From Octopus sinensis (lineage: Eukaryota): 50,528 bases of DNA. The position numbers were made by a program, and so were the translations under genes. The notes beneath the pieces were generated by a model that saw only the letters and a program-made list of their open reading frames with translations, was not told the DNA's origin and did no database searches. The DNA lies in assembly GCF_006345805.1 (NCBI RefSeq), contig NW_021834269.1:1-50528 (forward strand). The letters are read 5' to 3'. Positions within the stretch are counted from its first letter, which is position 1. Each line of letters opens with the position of its first letter. Shown piece after piece: positions 38,096 through 50,528 of this stretch.

Positions 38096-39991
38096 ATATA
38101 TGGGTACATGAAAACAGTTGGGTACGCAAACAACGAGAGAAACAAATATATATATACTAGCATTAAACCCGTCGTTGCGGTCATAGTGCTAGTGCATGTA
38201 TATATATGTATGTATATGTGTACATATTACATGTACATCTATATATATACATCTACACATAAAATACAAAATACAAAGTTATATCTTGATATCGCTAGTG
38301 ATAACAATACTCAAAATATATAACAGACTGGAATTGTTAGCCCGTCTCTTGTAATTTTGATCAATTGTATCTTGTCCTCCCTCTTGTATAGAAGTGTGGC
38401 TACAATCCAGCCTACCACTACTTTTGGTGGGGGGATGCATTTTTAATTTTTTTCCTGGACGTCCTACGTCCCAGATATAAAACTAGAAGTAAAATATTTC
38501 CACTTTGCAAATTCGAGTCGAGTACTCCCTTGCACGCTCCGTTGACTCGAACCTTGCTTCTATTGTGGCGAATTTACCGCCTCTGATTAGATACGTTTCA
38601 TAGTCGCACCAAGACACTTTTCGAAGGTGATTTCCTTCATGTTTTCAAATCTTTTTTCTCTACATTGTATACTTTATAGACAATAGTCTTTTCTTTAATT
38701 TAATTTTTTATTCCATTTCTGCACACTAATTTTATTTTTAATTTATTCCCATTCATGTGAAGCAACTTATTCAAGTTCAAATCATTGATGCAATTTTATA
38801 CCAATTGCTATTTTTACTTTTGTTTTGTTACTTTAGTTTGATTTTTATTATTACTTACTACATATAATTCAATTGTTATTATTATTTTTATTGTTAAAGT
38901 GAAAGTATCTGACATAAAATAGAGAAACGTTTTTGTTTCACTTTTAACACGTAATACTGAAATAGTGGAGAAGATATGATATTGCTATGGGCTCGCCCTA
39001 GGCAAAAAGTTCAACATCTTTTTAGCCGATTACACTCCCCGGACCCTAAGTAAGGCATGTGTAAAATTTGAATGGAATTGGTTGTGTAGTTCTCAAGTTT
39101 TAGGGAAACACACAGACAAACAGACAGACACACATTCTCAGTTTTATATATATCAAGATATATATTAATTAATTTAGGGTAGCAAAAAATTCAATAGAAA
39201 TTATTTTGCCACCAGCGGTCTAGTGAGAAAGAGGAAATAGTCAGAGACTATGAATAAATTCAACAACAATTGAGGAACGGCTACAATAGGCCGTTCGACC
39301 CACTAGAAATAGCAGCCAGGGCTCTAACCGCAAATAGTAGTAATTCCGAAATCAAAGGAAAAATTAAAAAGACATTTACCCTGTTCTGCTTTAGACAATG
39401 CATTGTTTCGGCGTTTTTTAATGGTAAACCAGCCTGATTAAATTAAATTAAACTTAATCAAGTCAATCTTCCAAAAGGCCAACGCGCTCATCAGTAAAGG
39501 AGCCAGAAGGGACAGAAATTACACGAGGCAGCTACCTTCATGCCTAGGTAATATCTGACCTAAAATCTTCAAAATCATCGTACTCGTGCCAACTTTTGAA
39601 ATGTAAGGAATGGGTTTTACACACACACACACACAGAACATCTTTATTTCACACCTTATAATGTGCCTCAGCATGGCCGCAGCTCTGAGCTGAAACTAGA
39701 AAAAATATATATATATATATATTTATATTTAAAATTTATAAGTTTAAATTATTTAAATAATTTTTTAATTTTAACTTTAATTTAAATATTTTAATTTGGA
39801 ATTTTATATTTTTATATTTTATTTTTTTGGATTAATTTTATTTCTATGTTTGGCTTATGATTTTCACGTTTGATTTGCCTAATAGTGGTTTTATCTCTAA
39901 TTTAATATAATATATATTTATACTATAAAATTGGATTTAATCCTAAATCTAATTTTTTCCCTGTAAGTTTGGATTTGCTCCCTAATATTAT

Positions 39992-40026
<35 letters not shown>

Positions 40027-41029
40027 GTTTAAATATTTGTTGTGCAAGATTTTTTATATATATATATATATGTAAGAGAATAAAGTGTACGTATGCCGCT
40101 ATCATTAGCTACTACACGCATTTTTTTCTCTCCTTGTTTTTTTCTGTGTATCTTTCTGTCAAAGAGCATAGGCTTGAAATGTAAAAGACTTTTTCTATTC
40201 CTGAGCACTATACTAATACATTTGTTTGTTTGTACTCCACCTGCCGTCGTCTTTTGTTTATTTTCGTAAACTTTCCCTTTATATATATATATCAAATAAA
40301 ATATAAAATGGGACAAGAACGCAAAATATTCGGACAACTAGGTAATACAAAAAGGGACAACAAAACATCCAGATAGGCGATACAAAAAAACAAGGACAGG
40401 TCATTTGAAGCCTTTTATCCTCAGTCAAGAAACAGATCATCCTCGCAATTTCGGCTGATTAAAATTGAGATTCCTCCAATCTGGCTAGCCCCAAGGAAAA
40501 ACTAAGCTAAGAGATTCCTTGGAAAAAAGCATCAAATGTATACGAAAACAAGGACGGAAAAAAGACGATTTACACGAATAAAATACAAAAATAGAATAAA
40601 AATAATAATAATAATAATAAATAATAACAGGACATAACAACAGGTGTCTTTCAACTGGGAACAAATTGAATTCAGCTGGCATGTGTGGATATGAAGCCTT
40701 ACAGCAGAGGGAAGAATATCGATGTGCAGTGACCATGGTCAGACGCAAAAGGGCTAGCAGTCTGGCCTATAGGGCACGTTAGAAGAAGAGAGAGAAGAAA
40801 AGAGAACAAAAGAATTAAGGAGGGGGAGAAGAAGAAGAGAGCAAGAGCGAGAGAGGTTGTAGAAGCAGATAGACAGAAGAATCAAGGAGTGGCGAGAGAA
40901 AAAGAGAGACAGGGACATAGTGAAGTGAAAAATGAGTAAAAGGCAAAGAAATGTGTGAGAGATGGGGGGGGGAGAAAGATAGAATGAAGCTGGAAAGGTT
41001 GAAAAAGTCGTACAAAATTTAGTGGTCGC

Positions 41030-41102
<73 letters not shown>

Positions 41103-41600
41103 AACTGTAGTTGTGTGAGTGTCTGTCCCCTTCGATTTAGATTCCTAACTACTCCCACATTTTGCGGTGCAGTTTAATTAACCAAATTCGGGTATCTTAT
41201 AGTCGTGATTCATATCGAGCCCGTCTGAGTATTAGCGCGCGTCTACGATGAGTCTACGATTTAAAAAATAATTTAACACCATTTTTTTATTCCATTTTAA
41301 TGCATAATTTTTCGTGTGTCGATGGCGGCGGAGTTGGCGTCCATGGTCCCACCTGCACCTGTTTGCTTCTCCCCCTTCTTCCCTCCCTCGTGAAGCTGTG
41401 GGGAAGGGAGTGTAAGGAAATCAACGTCGTAAAGCGTTGTCAAGGAGACCAGCGTTCTTTTAGAACAACGACTTCATGGCTTGAAGACACCAAAACAAAA
41501 ATGGCTAAGAAAGCCCGAATTTATAAGGGAAGTAACTCTCTAAAAATGCTTATATAGTTATTTCCCTTACAAACCCGAGCATCGCCGGGCGATACTGCTA

Positions 41601-41642
<42 letters not shown>

Positions 41643-42067
41643 CATAATAAAATACAAAAGGGAACAAGAGCGCAAAACATCCGGACAACTAGATGATACA
41701 AAAAGGGACAATCTCAAGATTAATCAGCTGAAATTGCGAGGATGATCCGATCAACGGAACAGCCTACTCGGGAAATTAACGGGCAAGTGGCTGAGCACTC
41801 CACAGACATGTGTACGCTTAACATAGTTCTCTGCGAGATTCAGCATAACACAGAGTGTGACAAGGCTGGCCCTTTGAAATACAAGTACAACAGAAACAAA
41901 GAGTGAGTGAAAGTTGTGATGAAAGAGTACAGCAGGGGTTGCCACCATCCCCTGCTGGAGCCTCGTGGAGCTTTAGGCGTTTTCGTTCAATGAACACTCT
42001 AACGCCCGGTCTGGGAATGGAAACCGCAAGTCCACTGTCCTAACCACTGGGCCATTGCACCTCCACT

Positions 42068-42104
<37 letters not shown>

Positions 42105-42822
42105 AGTTTGAATGGAAAGAGGTTGTTCTTTCCCAGGGATATATTTTATCAAAGTGTACACTGGTTTAGCTCTATATCGATTAACGATACTGGAAATTGT
42201 AGATGCAAATATGATCCAATGTTTATCGTTGGTTCTTCTTCGATATTCGTACCTTACACTTTTGAAATTCCGGATCTTTTCCTTTTGAACGGCACATGTT
42301 AGGGTTAGGGTTAGGGGTGGGGAAAGGGTATCTTTTTTCTTCGCAAATGTAAATAAACCCAATCTGTTTCTTAAACGAGGGACATATTCATACAGCACAG
42401 AATGTTTTCACCCCAAATGGAGGTCAGCGATTGGTTAAAATTGCCGAAATGCTTGAAATTAAAGTGGAAATATGTTACAACATAGAGAATTTTCTCAAGA
42501 AAGCCAAGAAAAAATGATGTTTTATAAACACATTCTACCAGTATACGAAGTTTAAAAGTATTTAGTTAACTAGAAATTGTGTTGACATGTGCCGTTCAAA
42601 AGGAAAAGATCCGGAATTCCAGTTGCCGTTATAGATGTTTTCACCTTTTCTTTATTGGAGGGAAAAAAATTTATTACAATACAAAAAAGAAAATGGAGAA
42701 TACATACACGGATTAATCAATTTATTTATATGATAGTCAATTCATATACATATCATACACTCTGCTTCTAAGAAATTACTATTCACGCTATTTTTGCTCT
42801 TCTTTCAGGTGAAGTTTTGAAT

Positions 42823-42903
42823 ATGTTTCTAGTTGCACGCCTTGCTCTTCAAGTAGCTGCACGTGCAGTAGTACGCTATGCTCCAAGGATAGTCGCTTCG
42901 CAC
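42823..42903 (+). CDS. Micro-protein copy B, first coding exon (MFLVARLALQVAARAVVRYAPRIVASH); whole exon is 42809-42903
   Basis: tttttgctcttctttcag|gtgaagttttgaatATG...TCGCAC|gtaagt; 81 nt = 27 codons, phase 0. Confidence 0.8.
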
Positions 42904-45281
42904 GTAAGTGTTTATTTCAGTTGTTGTTTTGCTGTATAATCTGTGATAGTTACACTACGGAATAAGGTGTAGATATTTCCGTCTGCTGCAGAAGTACGAT
43001 TGGAAATCACGGTTATTTCAGTCTCCATTATTCTGATCCCTTTACAACATGAGTATCTCTCTACTTCCAATGATGTTGAGTGGACGGACACTGCTTGGCC
43101 CCATTCGAAACGGATCGTACTCACACTTGGGTAGTTGTTTTATTCTGTTGTTCCTACTCAACTGCTGGGCCTGGATGCACATTCATCCATCCATCGATGC
43201 TCTCGATGTTGGGGGTTGACTTGATTTCTCTTCTGTGGGTCTTATGAATAGCAAAGGACCACGTTTCGGACTTCTCCCACTACAGGACATAGACCGCTTC
43301 GCTCAACAAACAAACAAACAAACAAATAAGCAGCAGCAGTAGCAATAACAATAACGACAAGAACAACGAAATGAACTGAGCAACAATCTGGTGCAACGGC
43401 TTGGAACAGCACTAAACTTCCCTTTGCTAGTGCTACCAAGTCCTCTCTTCAGAGAGTATAAGGTGTATGCATCTCTAAGTCGTCCGGGAGGCGGAGTCGC
43501 CATGATGGTTCGGAAAAATCTGGATCTTGCAATACGGATGTTCTTCCTGATCCAGAAAGTAAGTCGGTGGTACTGATCGCGACTGACATCGAAGGGCATA
43601 GTTTGTCTATGCCCCGATTGGAGCAGGAGGACCAGGTTTCTTCAGGCATCTGGAACTTTCCTGGGAATGTTCCACTCCTTAGTATTAGTGGAAGATTAGA
43701 ATGGATTTTAGACGTATGGTGGGACTTTGTGGCTTAGCAGATAGGGGAGGAGGGTGAGAAAGACCCGCAAACTTGCCCAATGATTCCAACTGTCTGACAG
43801 GTATCGACTGAATTTCCTTTATGTGCCAGTGTAGAGCTGGTTAAACCACATCGGATCATGCAGATCGTATTGCGATAGGGTATCCTTCAGATACGGATAG
43901 AATAGGTTTTCTACAATTGAAAATAGTCAACTACATAGACCACAATCGAGCCACATAGGCTTCATAGACATGGATCCGGTTACCGGAAGCTGAACGCGCC
44001 TTCGTCGGTGCACAGAGATTTCAGAGACCGGATTAGCGAATTAGTTAAGCCGTTGACAGAGGCAATCGTCAACTATAAATAGTGGTTCACCCTGAAAAGG
44101 ACCATCAGAACAGACTTGCAAAGGAATTGCAGTTGAAAGAAACAGAGTAAAAGTAGATCTAGTGAGGAAGTTAGATGAGGCTTTTAGAAAAGGCATCGCA
44201 ACCGAAGTGTTCGCAGAGAGATTGGCCCTCGGCACATTCTTCAACGTGAAATATGAAGGTTCTCATAAGCATTAAAGAACATGGATCTTTTCGGTTTGAA
44301 TGGCAGTTTTTAAAAATAATTTCCAAGTAACTAAACACTCTTAAACTTCGTATACTGGTAGAATGTGTTTATAAAACATCTTTTTCTCTTGGTTTTATTG
44401 AGAAAATTCTATAGTTTGTAAGATATTTTTTTTTCTTCAATTTCTGCAATTTCAACCAATCAATGACATCTATTGAGGTGAAAACATTCCGTGCTGTATG
44501 AATATGTCCCTCGTTTAAGAAACAGACTGGGTTTATTTACATTTCTGAAGAAAAAAAAGATATCCTTCCCCCCACCCCTAACCCTAACTCTAAAACAGAT
44601 TGAAATGCAATAGATTGATACTAGGGTCATAATTATGGGTGACAATTTCATATGACACCGCTAGAAAAAACTGCCGAAAAGATCCAAGAACATTTCTATG
44701 CTAACGCTTCTTCTGTCAAAAAAAAAAAGTTGTGCAAATGCTGCACCCAAGACGTCAAAGTTGCCACTGAATCTACAGAAAGAAATAATGGGAACTTAAG
44801 GATAAAAGAAGCAGTTTTAATTAACAAGTGTAGCTCGCATATTTAAAACATATCCGACTTAAACAAAGCACTTTTAGAGAAAACAGCCATTCATACACAC
44901 ACTACAAAGCAGAGACATCATTTATCAACAACTTTTCTCTGTAGATTCCCAGAGAACAGGTTCTGACCCTAAAATGTTGAAATACCAGATAATAGAACTA
45001 ACCTTCAACCTGTATGTTTAATGTCTTAACTTGCTTTGTTTAGACTTTAAAAAATTATTAAAATTATCAACAGGATAATCCTGAGATCATCCTGAGACAA
45101 GTACATACATTATAGGCACAGGAGTGGGTGTGTGGCAAGAAGCTTACTTACTAACCTCGTGGTCCCGGGTTCAGTCCACTGCGCGGCACCTTGGGCAAGT
45201 GTATTCTACTATAGCCTTGGGCTGACCAAAGTCTTGTGAGTGGATTTGGTAGACGGAAACTGAAAGAATCCCGTCGCATAC

Positions 45282-45317
<36 letters not shown>

Positions 45318-45524
45318 TTGTCCTCCACCATCGTTTGACAACCGAAGTTGGTGTGTTTATGTACCCGTAACTTAGGGGTTCGGCAACAGAGACCGACAGA
45401 ATAAGTACTAGGCTTACAAGGAATAAGTCCTGCATGGCCGCAGTCAAATGACTGAAAAATGCAGAAGAATATGTAATTTACGCAGTTGATATATAAACAG
45501 GGCTAGATTAGCTGTCTTTCAGTA

Positions 45525-48188
45525 TGTTACGAAATGTGAATATCTTCTCTTGCACTTTCGGGGTGCAAGAAGCAATCACCTTCCGTTGCTTTAATATCCA
45601 GATTCTTACCAGTCAGAAACAACAAGACGCAGACGTAAAATATATATATATACTTTATTCTCTTATGACAGTAACAAATAAGTGGTATATCTGGGTATCC
45701 CTTTGGTATAGATGTGTCAGAGCTGAACTTTATCGCTGTAGAATTTACAATGTTCAAATGCTAACGACACAACCATGATGGCGTCCGGAACAGGGAGAAG
45801 ATGTGGTCTGCAACAATTTGGTTAAAGTCTTCAGCCGACTGCTATCAAATACGGACAGAGAGAAAATATACGTCCGTTGCCTTCAGCCGCTGTGCCTCAA
45901 GTCACTGCTTGCTGCTGCTAGTGGTCAAACGTTTTACGCCCCCCTTGCCTCTTTTCTAAGGGTCGCTTTTTCCTAGCCAATCAGCTAATTCCACGATAGC
46001 AATATTCCCTCTTCTGGTGATGAAAACACGCGCGAATCAGAAAAGGGCGTTGCGCGCGCGCGCTGTTGTATAGCGTCACTACAAAGGCTCCCCCACAAGT
46101 GCGTAGCACGACACAAAATTCCTTGTAGTGACTTTAAAACTCAAGGTGGATACCAGATAACCAAATAGCACACAATATAATAAAAATGGCAAAATTTACA
46201 TCATACATAAGAAATTCACCAAAAGGAAAAAATACTCAAAATGAGCAAAAATCAAAAGTGCATGCGTGAATAAGAATAGAGCCTTCCGCTGAAAGGAGCG
46301 GAGGGAAAGCAAAACTCACAGTTAATGAACCTAGGCGAAGTAAAATCCAACTCCTCTAAAGGTAGTTGATCCTGCGAAATAGCAGTTAAGTCAATTACTG
46401 CAGGAGAGGAAATGGAATCGACAGATAGATCGCCAGTAACACAAAGGCAGACAGTGCAAGCATGCTGGTGTGATGCGCGAGACAGATAATTTTCTCTGTT
46501 AATTACGTGACCAACAGGGGTCTAACAGGGAAAAATAATTACGCCTAAACATGGGCGCAGCGCATGGGAACATCCGACGTTCTATGAGTCGGGAAAAGAA
46601 TTAAGCTAACGCAAAGGTGTTGCAAAAACAAGGCAGTACACGTGCAAAGCAAGGGTGCATGAATGCAATAGGGCTTGCCAGACCGAAAAACAGCAATGAA
46701 TATGCCAGTGGTTAATGTAGTAAGGCTGAGCTGCCAGCCAGTGCTTGAGCGATTATATGCCTCGTTCGTACAGGAACAAAAGCGTGACATGCTGGCGCGT
46801 TATAATGGACAAACAACCCTCTCTATGTATACGTGACCGACCTAGGGTCTTACAGAAATTAGGTGTGTCCACAAAGGCAAATTAGCATGGAAAAACAAGC
46901 GAGAAAAGCATGTGTGACGTATGTATGTGAGAGAGATAGCATTTATGTGTGTGTACGTGTGTTCGACAAAAATACAACAAGGTGAATGCGAGCAAAAAAA
47001 ATAAAAATACAGCGCATAGGAAAAAGTCTCTCAGGGCTATTTCAGACAAGATGGAGTTATTTTTACCAGTCCGTAATAGCCTGATACACAATAGCAGTTC
47101 GTTCTGTAACAGAATGTTGAAATCACAAATGCAGATGCCGATTGAACACATATCGTGTAGCGGTTGTAGCTTCGATGCTGTGACAGGTTAAATCGTTACA
47201 GAAGAATCTCGCAGATAGACTGTGCTGTTAATCCTTGGTGTGCTATGCACAAACAGCGTGTACGCTAAAGTTCCGCGAGTTGCTATGTACATCTTGTGGA
47301 GGTCGACGGTGTTGAAAGGCGACGGTGGTGGAGGCGACTGTATTGGACTTGAGACACATTGTTCTTAGTGGTGATGGCGACGAAGATAACGACGACGTGA
47401 AGTTGAAAGACGACGATGGCAAAGAAAAAGCATCGATGATATGAATGCGTCCGTCATTATTGTTGAAGAATAAGAAAGGCTCCTTCTATAACTGTTTGAG
47501 GTGGCCGGAAACAAATCGTCGAAAGATGAATGCGTAGAGTTTATCGTGTTCAGACCTGGCAGAAAAACTGGATTTTTTTTTTGTTGTTAAGTGATCTCTG
47601 GTTTGAGACCAGAATCACGTCGGGGGTCACCAGTGTTACGACCAGTGAAATATCTTCTCTTGCACTTTCGGGGTGCAAGAAGCAATCACCTTCCGTTGCT
47701 TTAATATCCAGATTCTTACCAGTCAGAAACAACAAGACGCAGACGTAAAATATATATATATACTTTATTCTCTTATGACAGTAACAAATAAGTGGTATAT
47801 CTGGGTATCCCTTTGGTATAGATGTGTCAGAGCTGAACTTTATCGCTGTAGAATTTACAATGTTCAAATGCTAACGACACACCAAGATGGGCGTCCGGAA
47901 CAGGGAGAATGTGGTCTGCAACAATTGGTTAAAGTCTTCAGCGGACTGCTATCAAATACGGACAGAGAAAATATACGTCCGTTGCCTTCAGCCGCTGTGC
48001 CTCAAGTCACTGCTTGCTGCTGCTAGTGGTCAAACGTTTTACGCTCCCCTTGCCTCTTTTCTAAGGGTCGCTTTTTCCTAGCCAATCAGCTAATTCCACG
48101 GTAGCAATATTCCCTCTTCTGGTAATAAAAACACGCGCGAATCAGAAAAGGGCGTTGCGCGCGCGCGCTGTTGTATAGCGTCACTACA
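45525..48188 (-). mobile_element. Non-autonomous Ty3/Gypsy-type LTR retroelement inserted in the intron of copy B
   Basis: Two LTRs (45525-46083, 47634-48188) with TG...CA ends; 4-bp TSD AGTA (45521-45524, 48189-48192); tRNA-Trp PBS on the minus strand (47613-47632); PPT-like GGGGGAG next to the other LTR; no pol ORF; absent from the left arm. Confidence 0.9.
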
Positions 48189-48516
48189 AGTAGATTAATG
48201 GAAAACACTAATCGCTATTAGAAGATTACTGTAGTCTCATCAGAGGAGTCTACATTATTATGACTAATCACAAGGAAATCTATTTATATACTCATCAGTT
48301 ACAGTAATTACAGAAATCTGTGGCTGCTAATTCGCATATTGTATGTGTTAGTACCTTAAATGTCAGTGGCCTGTCAACAGGGCCTGTCATTCATACGGTA
48401 CCAAGGGATTATATAATACACGTAACCTGTATAGTAGCTTTCTATCTTCATAGGGGAGGGAGATAATTCAAAGTTTCCCTTTAGAGATGTTGATTCTCTC
48501 TTTTTATTTCTTTCAG

Positions 48517-48651
48517 TTGGGGCTCATGGCAATCGAATACGCGGTTGAAAGAAAAGACGAAGAGGAAAGTGAAGATGAATGCAGTGAGGATAGCAGAAAG
48601 AAGAAAGGAAAGAAAGAAAAAAAAAGAAAAGAAACCAAAATCTTAATTTAG
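48517..48651 (+). CDS. Micro-protein copy B, terminal coding exon (LGLMAIEYAVERKDEEESEDECSEDSRKKKGKKEKKRKETKILI*)
   Basis: Same acceptor context as copy A (ctctctttttatttctttcag|TTG); 135 nt in frame to the same ...ATC TTA ATT TAG. Spliced product is 71 aa. Confidence 0.8.
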   Translation: MGLMAIEYAVERKDEEESEDECSEDSRKKKGKKEKKRKETKILI

Positions 48652-49433
48652 GATGAGGAATCGAGAGAAAGCTTCGAGCTTTGCCTCACTGTATTTGTTT
48701 TCATTCTCTTCAAGCACACACACACACACACACACACACATGCACACACACACACATGCAACACAACACACATGCACACACACACACATGCACACACACA
48801 CACACACACAAACATACGCAAACACACACACACAGACTTATTCAGACATTATCACATCGAGCTACACACATACAGCTTTTTTTTCTTTTTTTTACCTAAC
48901 CACAGTCTCAAGAACAAATTAAATCTTAACAAATAATGAAGACGTAATGTAATTAGCATCTAAAAAGTATGAATTAATCGATTCATCGCTGTGTTGTTGT
49001 TTTTGTCGTCCAATCTACAAAAGCTGCGGTCATAAAAGTAATGATACTTCCCAAATATTACAGCCTTCACGAGGTTGGGGCCATTTATCTTTGACTTAGC
49101 TTCCCTCACTCCTCTGATCTACTCCTTCTCAATTTTCACTTTCATTTCTGTAGTTAGTACTCTGTCAGATTTATATACTCCTACATACTTATAACTCTCT
49201 CCTTCTTTCACTGATTTTAATGTCTGGTCATCTGGTAATTGGATGCCTTCGTGTTGACTACCTGTCCCCTTCTCGTGACTAATATTACGCAATTATCTGT
49301 GCCAAATTCCTTGCTTGTATCTTTTCTGAAGAGTCTTACAGTCTGTATTAAAGAATAAATCTCTTTCACTTTTAATAAAAAAGCTTCAAGTTATCCATTG
49401 AGAGCAAATGGTTAATTTTTCTCTTACTATTTC

Positions 49434-49515
<82 letters not shown>

Positions 49516-50159
49516 TTTCTTCTTTCAATTTTGTTTCCCATTTCTTGCTGAGTGGCTTCCAACACCTAGTGCAAAGAACTCACTGTATTCCTTGGTAGGT
49601 CATTAAATAAACACACCAGATTGTTTATTTACAAAGTCATGTGACAGAAAAAGGGAAGACAGAGAAAAATGGGGAAAAAAGGAAAAAGGAAAAAAAAAAA
49701 ACAGTGTCTGGTTTGGTCCAGATCTTCAGCTGGAGAAGAACTGAGAATAGGTGACGAACATGGAGATCAATGTCACGAAGAAATGGGTTAAGACAAAGCT
49801 ATCCCTGAAGGGTCTGGCAAAGTGACAAATGCACACATCGTCTCCGTCATATATTATCACCTGACCCCCGTGCCTTACCCAAATCCATCTCGGACCAAAC
49901 TGGAGTGCGCGTGCTTCTGCTTTCTGTGGAAGGAACGTGTTCCACTTGTCAGGTGCTCTGTTCGCTGTCAACACTCACTGAATGGAGGGCCGGGTTTGCA
50001 GTGGCTGCTGATGTGCAGACATGCACTGAGGCTGCGACATCTCCAGAGCTTCCTAGACGGTGAGCAGGGGTGGTCACCGTTTGTCAGACACGATTTCCCA
50101 CAGCTCGTCTCTTGTCTCAGCTGCAGTCCTGGATCAAGCATAGACCCAGGCAGGCTGGG

Positions 50160-50528
50160 GGTACTGCTGGTGGTGGTGGTGTTGGAGGTGCTAGTGGTTC
50201 TTGTGGTGCTAGTGGTGTTAGTGGTGGTGTTGTTGGTTGTGCTACTGGTGATAGTGGTGGTGTTGATGGTGCTTATTGTGTTGGCGTTGCTAGTGGTGGT
50301 GGTGTTGGTGGTAGTGCTAGTGTGCCAATGGTGCTTGTGGTGTTGTGGTGCTGTTGGTAATAGTAGTGGTGGTGTGGTGCTAGTGGCTCTCCACCACTAG
50401 CAGCCCACAGTCAGCCCTATGGGGTGGTATTACACATGAATGACATGACAGGACATGACATACAGGACAGGACATGACAGGACATGACAGGACATGACAG
50501 GACATGACGGACATGACATGCATGACAG
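50160..50528. repeat. Degenerate (GTG/GTT)n tract, then a (GACATGACAG)n minisatellite from about 50435
   Basis: Direct reading. Confidence 0.9.

Larger units (their letters stand above)
36400..50150. repeat. Right arm of large inverted segmental duplication
   Basis: Reverse complement of 11585-23250, plus an extra LTR element at 45525-48188 and an expanded TATG array. Confidence 0.95.

Noticed and set aside
47613-47632. Match to the tRNA-Trp 3' end including CCA
   Set aside because: Only about 20 nt, adjacent to an LTR: a primer-binding site, not a tRNA gene.

Overview
Repeat-saturated eukaryotic genomic DNA. The microsatellites, SINEs and LINE families resemble those I know from octopus/coleoid cephalopod genomes (taxon is inference). 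Most of the window is microsatellite or decayed TE: L1/Tx1, RLE-type (R4/NeSL-like), RTE and Penelope-like retroelements, Ty3/Gypsy LTR elements, SINEs and MITEs. The dominant structure is a large inverted duplication (about 11585-23250 versus about 36400-50150). Each arm carries two small coding exons that the ORF track misses or only partly catches. They splice in phase 0 to give an 84-aa protein (minus strand) and a 71-aa protein (plus strand). The flanking introns of the two copies are about 98-99% identical where I compared them by eye, yet the coding exons differ at most codons, almost entirely at codon positions 1-2, with only in-frame indels and the same start, splice and stop sites. 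This points to an unannotated micro-protein pair under extreme diversifying selection and is the best candidate for a novel system. All alignments were done by eye; coordinates of degraded repeats are approximate.
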